DNA from: Podarcis muralis
Taxonomy: Eukaryota
Length of the DNA: 64,000 nucleotides
Reading direction: 5' to 3'
Assembly: GCF_964188315.1 (NCBI RefSeq)
Contig: NC_135663.1
Coordinates: 20,460,001-20,524,000, forward strand
In this document: one piece after another, positions 27,411 to 39,675 of the stretch
Position numbering within the stretch: the first letter of the stretch is position 1
Layout of the letters: every line of letters begins with the position of its first letter
Position numbers and translations under genes: made by a program
The notes under the pieces: generated by a model
What the model saw: the letters and a program-made list of their open reading frames with translations, nothing else
Database searches by the model: none
What the model was told of the DNA's origin: nothing

Positions 27411-27899
27411 ATATGTATGTGTTTCAATTATGCAGGTGAAATTCATGAACTAGGAGAAAAATGAATCCTCAGGGACATTTCATTATATTCTTATATTTGC
27501 AGATTTTGGAAAAGGGCAATCTAAGTATGACAAGCCCCAATAAAAAGCCATTTCAAGTGCAGCCGTCTAATGCATATGTGTGCAGATTCAAATGACAGGC
27601 AGCAGGTGATGTAGAAAAGTCAACACCTGGCAATTTGCACATGTGCTTTAGGTTGTATGAATTGTTTGTCAAGTCACGAGGCAGTGAGATTTCAGTTCAC
27701 CGCCTCAAAGCTCAAGATTTTCTGCATTTTCTTATGTTGTAGTTATAAATTTGGCTACACATTTCCCTCTCTGGTGCAAAGGCTGCTATGTCTGCCTTAA
27801 TTTTAAATAAAACTATTATTTATTACTTAGATGTCTATCCTGCTTCTTGGTCAAAGTCCATAAAATGGCCTAACCCCGCCCCCAAATGATACTATATAC

Positions 27900-28030
27900 C
27901 TTGAATGGGAAACCCATGGCCCTACAGAGGTTGTTGAACTACAAGTCCCATCTTCCCTGACCAGTGGCCAGGATGGCTGGGGGTTGCGGTCTAACAATAT
28001 CTGGAGGATCACAGGTTCCCCATGCCTGCC
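27900..28030. mobile_element. Degraded palindromic hAT-type MITE
   Basis: GTTGAACTACAAGTCCCATCTTCCC...GGTTCCCCATGCCTG, same family motif as 7173 and 30273. Confidence 0.55.
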
Positions 28031-28534
28031 ATATACAATACAGCAATTCATTGCTAACAGCCATCAAACCCAACACACTCAAAGCAAAAACCATACAACT
28101 TCAGGGCTCAGAAGATGACACTTCAGTCATCACAGTTCAACTCTAGAAGAGTAAGTGCCTTCTGGAAAAGAACCTGAAATCATACAAAAGCTGAATTTGC
28201 CAAGCTAGTTTCTTTGTGCAGAGAATTCTATAAATCCATAAAATGGATTACCTGTTCAAAACTTGCACAAAACCAGATTAAGTCATATGAACTGTCCCGT
28301 TTATGTCAATCACAAAGCAGTTATGGCAGTTCCATCAAATCAAATTCTGCCCCCTACATATGTTGCAGCAACGAACCAAAGCCGTGTTTGTATTTCTCTG
28401 CCTTATTGTCAGCTGAAAGCACCAATCTTTTGCTTTCCCACTATCTAAATGCCTCGACTACAACAGCATCATAGCAGGTTATGTACCTACATGTTTCTGA
28501 TGAAAGATCACTGGCGAAGGCCCAATTAACATAC

Positions 28535-28665
28535 CTCATACGTCCCGGGTCCAGGAGTTTCATCTTTTGCTTCTTTAAAACGTTCCACCTGGGAAACGTA
28601 TACTGCAACATAGGAAGGTGATTTCAACCTTAAGCTGCTTGTTTCTGGGCTGTATGTCCCTGGTC
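28535..28665 (-). CDS. STPG2: Coding exon of a sperm-tail PG-rich (SHIPPO/PGP) repeat protein, most similar to STPG2
   Basis: Long pyrimidine tract with TTTTAG| acceptor and GAG|GTATGT donor. 131 nt, phase 1 to 0, open frame (G)PGTYSPETSSLRLKSPSYVAVYVSQVERFKEAKDETPGPGTYE. Aligns from memory to human STPG2 GPAAYNP...FVKASKRFEESKEITPGPATYE. CpGs are retained. Not in the ORF track because it has no ATG. The family call is firmer than the orthology call. Confidence 0.75.
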
Positions 28666-28922
28666 CTAAAATGAGAATTGAGGGAAAGAAAATGAGATGA
28701 ATTAATTTTTATGATTTTTTGTAGAGGCTTGTTTGCATTTGCGTTGAAGGCAGCTTTCCTGTGAAAACCACAGGTCATGACAGTAAAGTGAGAGATCTCA
28801 GAGTTCCATAAAAATGTACCAATAAAATAAATTGCATCATTGCCACAGTCTATCATGTTATTAACATAATATCTCCAATGTTTGGTGAATAAAAATATTA
28901 CTAGTGTCCCAGAATATTTGTT

Positions 28923-29315
28923 TGTGATTCGAGGACCCGATCCCCGCTTGGGGAATGAAGACACATGGACACAGTATATTAGGTTAATGGGCAAGAAAAG
29001 GCCACAACTTTATTGATTACAGCATGTGAGAAGGTATTGGCTTAGGCATTGGACCACAGCAAATTTGACTCCACCCACTCGGAGAGGGTTGAGTCTGATG
29101 AGGGGTTAAACACCAGTAGGGGGAGCCTGTTGATGCAATAAGCTCTCCCCTGATGTCACCGAGGGTCATGCCATGGCCCCCCGCCACACAGGGCATCGGA
29201 CAGGATCCACAACCGCCAGATTCCTTTAACGGAATACCCATAAGTGGATCCTAGGACTCTCCTACCCAGGGCATGGCCAGTCTGAGACATGTTTGGGTTT
29301 AACAATGCAACAACA
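28923..29315 (-). mobile_element. Solo LTR-like element
   Basis: Minus strand runs TG...CA with AATAAAGTTGTGGCC polyA region at about 29000-29016. Ends approximate, no TSD found. Confidence 0.55.
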
Positions 29316-30272
29316 TCACATGCCTTCAGGAAATTCTTAGGCACTGCTAGAAAAAACCTCTATCCAGGTCAAGTAGTAATTGTGGGATAAGAATAAATTG
29401 CTCTTTTATGAGGTAGGTGTTTGTAAAAATCTCTTGCTCAAAAAGAAGAAAAAGTACTTTTCTGAGCAAGTAGCTTTTTCATTTTTCAAAACTATACAAT
29501 GGGGATCAAATAATGCAGCAAAGTGCATAATGTGTCAACAGTTAACAATGACAAAAACGTGCCATGACTTCAGGAAATTGTGCCTCACCAACTTGTACTT
29601 ATTAAATGTATATTCCACCTTTCCTACGAGGAACTCATAGTAGTTTAGCCTCAAAACTCCTCATTGGGGTAAGGCAACAAAATCTCAGCAAAGCACTTTA
29701 TTTTAAGGACAAGACAAATCAGTCTCTCTCTGGTTCATATGACTTTCATATGAATTCACTCATAAATCTGTTCCATTTCCATACTGATCTCATTTTTAAA
29801 AAACTCACACAAATGCTTCACTCAAAGGCACACATATTGAAATGTATTTTATCTCCAAATATGCATTTTGCGCCTTTTTTGGTCTGAAAACTCAAACATC
29901 ATGTTCCAATCTGCACATCATTAGTCCAAGGGAAACAGATGGGGTTAATCTGCATCAGAATCCATAAAGATCAAATTCCTCAAGTATCTCCACTTTAGGT
30001 TTATATACAAAATCAGAAAAGTGTCTTGTTTCAGTCCTGGCTTGAACAGAAATATTCCCCATCCTTCTACACTTTGCCCTCTATTTGTTGGTGGCTTTGG
30101 ATGGTTCCTTCATTCATCCATGGAAGGGATATCAGGACCTGCTGCAGCTATAACCAGGATCCCATAGATCCACATGCTGTTTTGTCCTTTGTGGTAAGCA
30201 GCTGGAGAAGCAGAGCAGAGTGTTGTCTCAACAAGAAAGGGTTCTAGGGCTCCAAAGTGACTGTGTCTACAT

Positions 30273-30408
30273 CAGGGATGGGGACCTATGGCACTCCAGA
30301 TGTAGCTTAACTACAATTCCCATCATCTCTGATTGTTGGCTTTGCTGGTTGGGGCTGATGGGAGTTGGATGCCAACAAGACCTGGAGGGGGAAAGTTCTC
30401 CATCCCTG
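30273..30408. mobile_element. hAT-type MITE
   Basis: TIR CAGGGATGGGGA / TCTCCATCCCTG. Near-TSD GTCTACAT / GTCTACAG with central TA. Confidence 0.85.
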
Positions 30409-33400
30409 GTCTACAGAGGCTAGTTCTCAGTTCCCTATAAGTCTTCCAGTTCATGCTGAGACTTTGTCTTGGCAACAAGGATATTCATTGTGTGCAACTG
30501 CCAGGAGGTTTTCCTTCCTGGGAATCCCAATTTTGAACCCATTACAATATGATAGTTCTCATAGGTAGAATTCTTTGTGGGTAAGACCCTACTTCTTAAA
30601 ACATCTCATTTCAGGCTCCAGCTGTAACACGACCCATTTCGTAGCTTAAGTACATCATGGAGGTTCCCTGCACAAAACTTCCTGTTTGAGTTTAGCCCAC
30701 AGCCAGGACAAACACGAACTATCACAATTCTTGGGCATCCTATACCCCAACCAAGATGGGTTCAAATGCGACATGGAGTTTAAATTAAAAAGGACAGATG
30801 AGGAAGACAATAAAGCCTAATCTAGCCCTGCCTTGTGCTTTAATATTTTTATAATATAAATCATTTAGATGGTGTAGGATAAAACAAACATTCACATACA
30901 GGGCAATCTGATGCCTATCATCTTGTTACACTCCTTAAAAAGAATCTGCTTCTGTACATTTAACTCTGGAAACATTCATTTTGTAACACCATCCTAGGAC
31001 ATAGTTTCCATTATACCTATGCTGCTGCTTATGTGATACAGGTCAAAGACTTGCATTACCAGCTTCTTTTAGCACCAGTTGAGAACTGAATTATGCAAAA
31101 GCTATCTGCTATTTATTTACCAAAATGCCACATTTTAATCACAGGTCAACAAAGAATAAAACTTTTCCATTCCACAGCAAGCACCTACAAAAAGCCTGCC
31201 TCTGTTGTGATTGCTACGTAATGGGAAAATCAAGAGAAGGTGATTCTTATAATTATATACTTTCTGGCCCTATGCGGGTTCACTCTCTATGAAATGTCAA
31301 CCAATGCTACAGGGCAAAGGCAGCACAGAACAAGAGCAACGGGTAATTTAAAGTGAAAATCTATGCTGCTGGCCCCTCAGTGGGAACATTTTCAGTACAG
31401 TCAAGGAAGGCTGGAAAATGATTGCATCACAAAATGGAGCTTTAAAAATCAAACACACGTTTTCTTTGCAGTAGAAGGCACATTTGTGGATCCTGTATCA
31501 TTCAGTTGCTACCCACTTTACTGCTGGCTCCTGTTATGAGCTTATAAAAAGTGGATGTTTAAAACTGAGTCCGGAATTGAAGGTGTAAAGGGCATAGCAC
31601 AAATCTGTAACTATGAAAACAAAAGGTGCTGTTCTAAGCTGTTAGGTGTTTCTGCTTATGCCAATAAAGGCCAATAACAACTAATAACAAGCTGTTTTCG
31701 TTTGGATTTGATTTTTTTTTTTTTTTAAGGAACAGGGGGGAAAGGAAGAGACTTTTGGCACCTGAGAGATTAATTTATTGTAGAGTGAGCTTCCATAGTC
31801 AAGGGCTGACCTCCTCAGTTGCAAGAGATATGCACTGAATTGGAGAGGAAGGTTATCAGGTCCAGAAGAATCCTGACACCAGTGACATCACAGGGCTTTG
31901 CCATATCAGCAGCCATTCACTGTTAAGGCCAGAGGGGTAGATCATACAGTGAGATGGATCTTGGGGGTTCTGGTGTACTATGTGTGTGTGGTTAATCTGG
32001 TTCATTTTAAGGAGGCAGATTGAGGAGCCATGGAGGAAGAAGCTGAAGATAGAAGAAAAAGAGAGAAATCACATAATAATGGCTGGGGTGATTATATGAC
32101 TGGTGTACGGATGAGAAACGAAACTGCATGAAAGTGGATGAGAGCAATCTCCCCTTGCAGCTAAAGTCATCTCACTGGGTCCTATGCTTTTCCTTTATAT
32201 GTCAATCATTCTTGGATAAAAGTGGCATCTTGCCAACAAAAGATCATGCCCCATAAAATTAGCTAATTTTAATGTGCACAAGTGTCATTGGTCTGATGTG
32301 TGAGTGTGTGTGGTGTAAGGGGTGTGTGCGCGCCACACACATGAAGCTATTATTGTAATATATAAGAACCAGTTAACAATAATGGACATTTACAAGGTGA
32401 TGTTAAAGTGACCTTATTTATTCCACAGCACGTGTCAAGTGGCTCTTGAGTAATGTAGTCACATGGTATTCTACTCTGAAGTAACAAGGGAGCAATGAGG
32501 CAGTCAAGAGGGGTGTTTGTCGTGTGTCTGTGTTGCAATTATCCTCTTGCACTCTGCCTTCAACACATTTTGATATAAATGACCTTTCAGATTAGGGTCA
32601 TAGACAAGCCAACTAGCCCTAGGGCTTGGAAAACGATGTACACATGTGTGCATAAAGGCTTCAACATGACGAACATGCAAAAAGATGTAACAAAAATACA
32701 CAAGCCTTTTTCATGAAGTGATTTGTGACACTATATAAATGCAACTTAAATTAAAAGCTGTGTCCAACAATTGCACCTGTTACCAGTTCCTGTTACCAGC
32801 TCCTATGAGGCACGCCAGAACCTGAATACAAAATATATGTGCTTCTCATTGGCTCTGAATGAGACACACATGGTTATATTTAGACTTCCCCCCTGCAAAA
32901 TAAAGAGAAATATGGGCATAGCTTTTCCCGACTGCTTCTTCCAGTTATTGTCCTGAGAAAATTCTGAGTTACACATCTGCCATTCTGAATTTACATGAGG
33001 CAAAGAGGTCTGCAACCAATTTATTATGACATAAGCTTTTGTGAACAGTCTACTCTAGTCTTCCCCAACCCAGTGCCCTCCAAAAGTTGTTGGCCAACCA
33101 TTCCCAAGAGCATTAGTCCAACAATACCTGGTGGACACCAGGCTGAGGAAGGTCTACTTCATCAGGTGCAGCAGAGACTTGCACTATTTTAAAAGGCGAA
33201 GTCATGCCACAATACACTTCTTTGTTTTTGCTGCAGTTGGATGAGATAATCTCTCATGTCATATACACATCCCCTTCTGTGTATGCTGCTACTGCTGGAT
33301 GCTTTGAACTCTTCATGGGTAGGGAAAGAAAGACAGGTGCATGCATTCACCCACAAAAATAAATGAAACCAGAATATTCAAGCTATTTCAAAACTATGTA

Positions 33401-33699
33401 CTGTATACCACCCACACACCACCCTCTTTCTCTCTCACCCACACACCCACACTCACAATTTCTTGAAAAAACAAGGCAAAAAAGCTGTAGGATGAAATTG
33501 GCTGCTGGCCTGCCAAGAGTACATTTACTTTCCTCAGTTTTGTTTTTGCTTCAGGCAGTTTAAAATGTAAGCTGAATATGGAACAGTTCTTTTTTCCAGC
33601 ATGTAGAACTCAAATGCTGAATATTATGGAAGATAAGTAGAAGGAATTCCAATAGGTTTTCAGTATTTACTGCCTGGGTATTTTCCAAACCCATGGAAA

Positions 33700-33870
33700 T
33701 CTTTGCTCAAAGTTCGATCCACACTAAAAATAATGGGACTAATGCAACTAATACCACGGTTTTGTGAAGGCCCATTCATAAGAACGTAAGAACAATTCTG
33801 GTGAATCAGTCCAAAGACCCACCAGGCCAACATTTTTTTCATTGTAGCTAACTAGATTCTATGGAAAATT
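33700..33870 (-). mobile_element. CR1 3' end remnant
   Basis: AGAACGTAAGAAC..GGTGAATCAGTCCAAAGACCC resembles the reverse-complemented squamate CR1 tail (TAAGAACATAAGAA..). Confidence 0.5.
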
Positions 33871-35880
33871 CATGTGCAGAACATTCTGTGGGGTTTGTGC
33901 AACAGAAGTTCACTCTATATTGTGCCCCAAATGTTTATTTAGCTGTCACTTCCAAATACCAAATATCCTTAGTAGATACTGATAAGCACCACTGGTTAAA
34001 ACATTTTCTATAGTTTATCACCAACAATGAAGGGCTATTCATAAATATCAGTAAAATATTAACCTTATATGTAAATAATAACCTTATACATCCCAAAAGT
34101 CTTGCAAGGCAATAAAAAAAAAAGGAGTTTGAGAGAGCATTTGTGAGACTATTTGTGTCATTAATTTAGGAGGCAAAATCAACAAAGTGGAGTTAAAAGC
34201 TTGCTTTCTAGAACACTACTCCATAAATGCTGGATAAGTAAAACATTTAGGTTAATAGGACTCGGTGGAGTATTCGCGACAATCTGTGAAAGGAAGGTAA
34301 GATCTAACATGCTGAGTTTTCAAGAAAGAAGCGCTTGCCGCAGAGCTGCTCTGAAATCATGTTTGGCTCTAAGTCACTCTAGGTTAACTCCATAAAAGAA
34401 CGCTTGGAGACATTTTATGTAGAGAGCAGTGCTGGCCTTGTGGAAGTGATATTCTGCAGGTAATCTCCAGGTAGCCCTTACACTAAATATGAATGATAGT
34501 GGGGGTGGAGGAAACGATGATGCTACATTAAAGATGAAGGACAAAATTTTAATGTCTGCTGCGCCATTCCCACTTCACTCTCCCCCTCTGAATGTATGCA
34601 AATCCCTTTCCCTGTGTTAAAAGAAAATTAAGGTACTCAAACCTAAATATAATGCTGAAGCGTGAACAACTAAAGAGCTTGGTTTAACTGAAAAAAGTTA
34701 AACCAAAAAGCAGTATCGTCAGTTATTTTGAATAACCTGATTTCTACAGGATGGAGACCCTTGTGTATATTTTCTACTTATGCCCTGTGATATTTTAGGG
34801 TACTTACCATACATGCTAGCCCATTCACACATTAGTTTCGCATGCCAGTGATCTATGGCTTACATGAGTGTGGCTAGCATGCTAATATAAAGGAGTCCAG
34901 GACATTTAGTTAGCGCACTCAAAACATGACTGGACATGCATGCGTAGCTTATATGGATAAGGGATTTGCAGGAGTCCAGTAGCTTGTACAGATCAGTTAA
35001 GCTAATAAAAAGTACCATTTTTCTTGATCCCCACCCCCCATGCTGCTCTGAGGGACTAAAATGGCTACTAAGATTCTAATTTGCTACTGAAGTTTGTCAG
35101 TCATACTGAAGACATCCTGAGCAACCATTAATTATTTTGATTCACAGTCACTTAGCGTCAGACACCAGAAACCTGTCACACAGTATCGGATGGAAATTTT
35201 CTTTTAGGCTTCTAGAATGCACAACTGAAATGGGCAGAGCTACAGATATTCCTCTACCACTAGTCACCAGAACACATATTTGATGCAGATAGCTATGGTT
35301 ATGATAAATCAAAAGAGGCGAAAGATTTCAGTGCTTAATCTAGGATTCTCAAGAAAACTGAGAGGGCAAGAAAGATTTGTGGACTAAGTAGAATGGAGGG
35401 ATTGTGTGTTTGGGGGCTTTTTAAAAAGTCATTGTATGTGAAACCATGACTTCCAGATAGCAGACACCTTTGGCAACTGCTTTCCCTAGGAGCAACAAAG
35501 CTGCACACATGGCTGTGTGGGCTTTGTTACAGTGCAGCAGTGACAACAGCACCCGGAAACCGGCAATGCACATATATTGTGGCAGGTCTGGTCAAGCTAA
35601 TAAAGAATAATTTGTGCTGTTTTGTTCACTTTATTTGTTTCATTTATATCCTGCCTTTTCCCAGTGCAAGTAATGTTTCCATCAGCTATTTGTGCCAAGC
35701 AGAGGAAGTAATACACAAGAGTTCTGAATTTGGTTTAAGAGAATCATCTTGTGGTTACCTTTCCACCTCCCAATCATAAAAGGGACATTGCACACTGAAA
35801 TTGTTGCAACTTCCTAGACTCAGCTGAACTCAAAGACTTTGAAATACTGCGCTTTTTTATTAATAGCATGTCTGTAGTAT

Positions 35881-36225
35881 GTAAAGGGACCCCTGACCAT
35901 TAGGTCCAGTCGTGGCCGACTCTGGGGTTGCAGCGCTCATCTCGCTTTATTGGCAGAGGAAGCCAGGTCATGTGGCCAGAGGAAGCTTCCGGCCAGCATG
36001 ACTAAGCCGCTTCTGGCGAACCAGAGCAGCACACGGAAACGCCGTTTACCTTCCCGCCGGAGCGATACCTATTTATCTACTTGCACTTTGACGTGCTTTC
36101 AAACTGCTAGGTTGGCAGGAGCAGGGACCAAGCAACAGGAGCTCACCCCATCGCGGGTATTTGAACCGCCGACCTTCTGCAAGTCCTAGGCTTTGTGGTT
36201 TAACCCACAGCGCCACCCACGTCCC
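35881..36225 (-). mobile_element. Sauria SINE
   Basis: Near-identical to the 2432 copy. Degenerate TSD ATGTCTGTAGTA / ATGTCAGTAGTA. Confidence 0.95.
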
Positions 36226-37134
36226 TATGTCAGTAGTAACCTAACTATAACTACCTTTCCAGGTTTCCCCCAGTTGAAGGGTTGGGTTGGAGGGAAGGCA
36301 CCTGGCTCCCATCCCCTCTCGGATACAGACCAAAAGAGAGGATGTGGCTCCTCTTTTCCTCTCTTGGACCTTCAGCTTCTTTGTGAGCAAACAAGGCAGA
36401 AGTTCAATATTTAGGATTCTGCCTATGTTGGAACCACTCCAGTCCCAGAGGGAGATGGCTATTGCAACACCTCTCCTTGGTCTCCTTCCTCCTTCCCTCT
36501 AACCAACCAGCTAGCAATACCCCCTTTCTGATCAATACCCCCAAGCTAGGTCTCTTAGTGGTCTTTTATGATCTGTCTGTGTGCTATCCCCACCCCGCAC
36601 CATCCATCACCACCACCAAGTGGTGAGGCAGCTCTTGAAGACTCAAGTCTTTCGACAACTCAACTTGCCATTGCTGGGCCAAATGGCAGCTGCAGAGATG
36701 GAAGTTGACAAAGATGGGTGAACATCACACGCCTACATGACATCTGAGGTTCTTGAAGAGAGGCCTTTGTTTCAACGAGTATCTCCAACACTTCACCCTT
36801 TCTTGGTCTAGCTTCTTTTTCATCAGTTCTCACTCCTGATTAGCTGAGTTTGTCTCAGTAGATTTCTCATTAAACAGGAAAGCAATAAGAGCAAAATCTC
36901 TGAGTTTCCTATTTCTGCACCTATGTTATACTGGATCCTTGGCATATGAGGAAAAGTGCTAAGGGCGAAATTCACTGTACCCTCCCTTGGGCCTACAGAC
37001 TTGTAATGGAACATCCATCTGATCATGTGCAAAATGTTTTTTCGTTTGTAGAGATTTATAACTTCATGGAATTATTCTCTCCCCCCACCACTACCCCCAC
37101 TGCCATCCTGGTTAGCCCAAAGAACAGACTAGAA

Positions 37135-37459
37135 CAGGGGTCAGCAAACTTTTTCAGCAAGGGGCCGGTCCACTGTCCCTCAGACCTTGTGGGGGGCCAG
37201 ACTATATTTTGTATTGGGGGGGGGTGAATGAATTCCTATGCCCCACAAATAACCCAGAGATGCATTTTAAATAAAAGAACACATTCTGCTCATAAAAAAA
37301 ACACCAAGCAGGCCCCACAAATAACCCAGAGATGCATTTTAAATAAAAGGACACATTCTACTCATATAAAAACACGCTGATTCCCAGACCGTCCACAGGC
37401 CGGATTGAGAAGGCGATTGGGCCGCATCCGGCCCCCAGACCTTAGTTTGCCTACCCATG
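37135..37459. mobile_element. hAT (Charlie/Buster-like) MITE, 325 bp
   Basis: Termini CAGGGGTCAGCAAACT / AGTTTGCCTACCCATG. Perfect 8-bp TSD GACTAGAA at 37127-37134 and 37460-37467. Internal direct repeat with about 72-bp period. Confidence 0.93.
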
Positions 37460-37779
37460 GACTAGAAAATATTACATCACATCTTTAATGTACTCCAAAT
37501 GTATAAACACTAGAGGATGCTTTCAGTTGTGGATGCTTTTTAAAAAAAACAGCCTGAGGCAAACCCCAGGCATGGAAAATAGCAGCCCATGCAATTAATT
37601 TGTCAGAAGTTAGAATCAACTAAAACAGACTTTTCTAATGGCAAACATTAACATAAATCTAAACCTGTATCTGACATTCTAATGCTATGCTGCCGTGCAA
37701 AGGTTTCTTATCTCTAAACTACCTAGCTCTTATTGACACTACCTATGTATATAAGGTTGACTATAGGTGTACCTGGGAG

Positions 37780-37947
37780 CAGGGGAGCCAACTTGAATAA
37801 AATACAGGGGGGACAAGTAAGCCCCACCCAGTATAATTGATCAAAAGAAACGGTGCACACACACCATTTGAATGGCAATGCCCATTAATTTGGGGGAGCA
37901 GCCCCGCCAATATTTATGACCTCAGCCCCTAGGAGTTGGCTTCTATG
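37780..37947. mobile_element. Small hAT MITE
   Basis: Termini CAGGGGAGCCAACT / AGTTGGCTTCTATG. 8-bp TSD CCTGGGAG at 37772-37779 and 37948-37955. Confidence 0.85.
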
Positions 37948-38149
37948 CCTGGGAGGGGGCGAGTGGTAGTGGGAGGCACTGCAGGTCCAACTTTGTCTCC
38001 CCTGCCTTCACTCCTGTAGCAACATATCCAACTATACAGAGTGAATTCTGGTTGCCTCTTCCTGATTGCTCAACCATTCCCATAGATTTTAGACAAGCTC
38101 GTCACTTTGTTTTATGCTTTATTTTCAAAGAAAATGCTGATTAAAATTT

Positions 38150-38640
38150 TGTTTGGTGCTTTATTTGCTGAAGTAGTCTCTCCTTTTTTAGAAACCACTT
38201 TGAAATTTGCTCTCACGAAGGAACCGGAGAAGCGACTTTCTGACTGATACAGGGACCAGCCAATCAGTGCTCTGCACAATTTTGCTTTGAGAATGAGGAA
38301 GTCAGTGGCATGATTAACATGAGAGGCAGCCATTCAGTTGTGTACAAACAGACCAATGGGCTGCGGGCAGGGGTGTGGCCAGGGACAGGCACTGGGGCTG
38401 ATCCTTCGGCCAATGCTCATTCTTCTTCCTTCTTTTTCAGGATCACCCACCCGACCCTCCCTAAATAATAAATTCGGCTTTTTTGTCACCTTTTTCTTCT
38501 TTTGCAGCTTAACCTTTTCCAGGTCAGCGAGTACTGCTATGGTAATAAGATGGTTGCTGTATTCAGAACCAGGAAGGAATTTTCACTGCATTAGCAGGTT
38601 TTGCCTTCTCCGTTGCAATTCATCACACCTTTAGCGGGGC
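38150..38640 (+). promoter_or_regulatory. Candidate promoter/enhancer (3 CCAAT boxes, CACCC box, TATA-like)
   Basis: CCAAT at 38260, 38353 and 38410. GGGTGTGG at 38371. TAAATAATAAA at 38462. Local CpG retention. No gene body identified. Confidence 0.4.
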
Positions 38641-38668
38641 TTTTTTATTGTTTTATTCGTTTAATGTA

Positions 38669-38894
38669 CAGTGGTACCTCAGGTTAAGCATTTAATTCAT
38701 TCTGGAGGTCTGTTCTTAACCTGAAACTGTTCTTAACCTGAAGCACCACTTTAGCTAATGGGGCCTCCTGCTGCCGCTGCACCGCCGCTGCACGATTTCT
38801 GTTCTCATCCTGAAGCAAAGTTCTTAACCTGAAGCACTATTTCTGGGTTAGTGGAGTCTGTAACCTGAAGCATATGTAACCTGAGATACCACTG
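38669..38894 (-). mobile_element. Tc1/mariner-type MITE
   Basis: TA-flanked, CAGTGGTACCTCAG TIR (one mismatch on the right). Confidence 0.92.
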
Positions 38895-39360
38895 TACAAT
38901 CTTTACTTAAGAAGACTTCACGTCCAAAAAAAAGCAGTATATAATGAAACCTTAAATCTCATGTTTACATTTATACAGATCTCTTCTCAGATTCCCTTAT
39001 TTTAATATTCCTTGATGTTTGTCTCCTTCTTTTAGTTCTTTATTCTTAATCTCTTAGATCTCATATATATCTTAAACAATTTTTCAATTAATTCCCTCAC
39101 CTCCCTCCCTCCAGAACCCATTGCTTCCCTCCACCCATGTGCGATCTTCTTTACATACTGTTAATTTTTTTATTGTGTTAACAGCTGCTTATGTTTGTTA
39201 TTTCATATTTGTTATGATATTATCCTATCTCCTTGCGCCCTTTAACCTATTGCATATTCATTTTAAGCTCCGAAACCAACTTTGGCGGGTTTGGGGCCTT
39301 GTTAGGTATCCTTTAGTCTATCTTCGAGTTTTGGGGGAGAGCATATAATGCAACCCCATG

Positions 39361-39675
39361 TGGTGGCATATGCAGGGCCCTTTAAAGGGTGATTGCGGGA
39401 GTCACTGGCCCTAGAGGGGTGGCAAGTAGGTCAAACTCCCAACTTAGTTGCAGTGCGTGGGCACGCTGTGTAAGTTCAAGCTTTGCAGTTCCCTCACACG
39501 GCACCTGATGGACCCTGAACATCCTCTCAGTGGGCTGAGAGGGATACCTTCCAAGGCCAGGGCCAAGTTTCCTACATCTGAAGTTCAATAAAGTTGTGTC
39601 CTAATTTGAACCCATACCTTAGTGTCTAGTCTCTTTCTTGGGGGGGGGGGGAGGCTCCAAGGAGACGGTTTAGCA
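39361..39675 (+). mobile_element. Solo LTR
   Basis: TG...CA, AATAAA at 39587, 4-bp flanking duplication CATG at 39357-39360 and 39676-39679. Confidence 0.65.
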
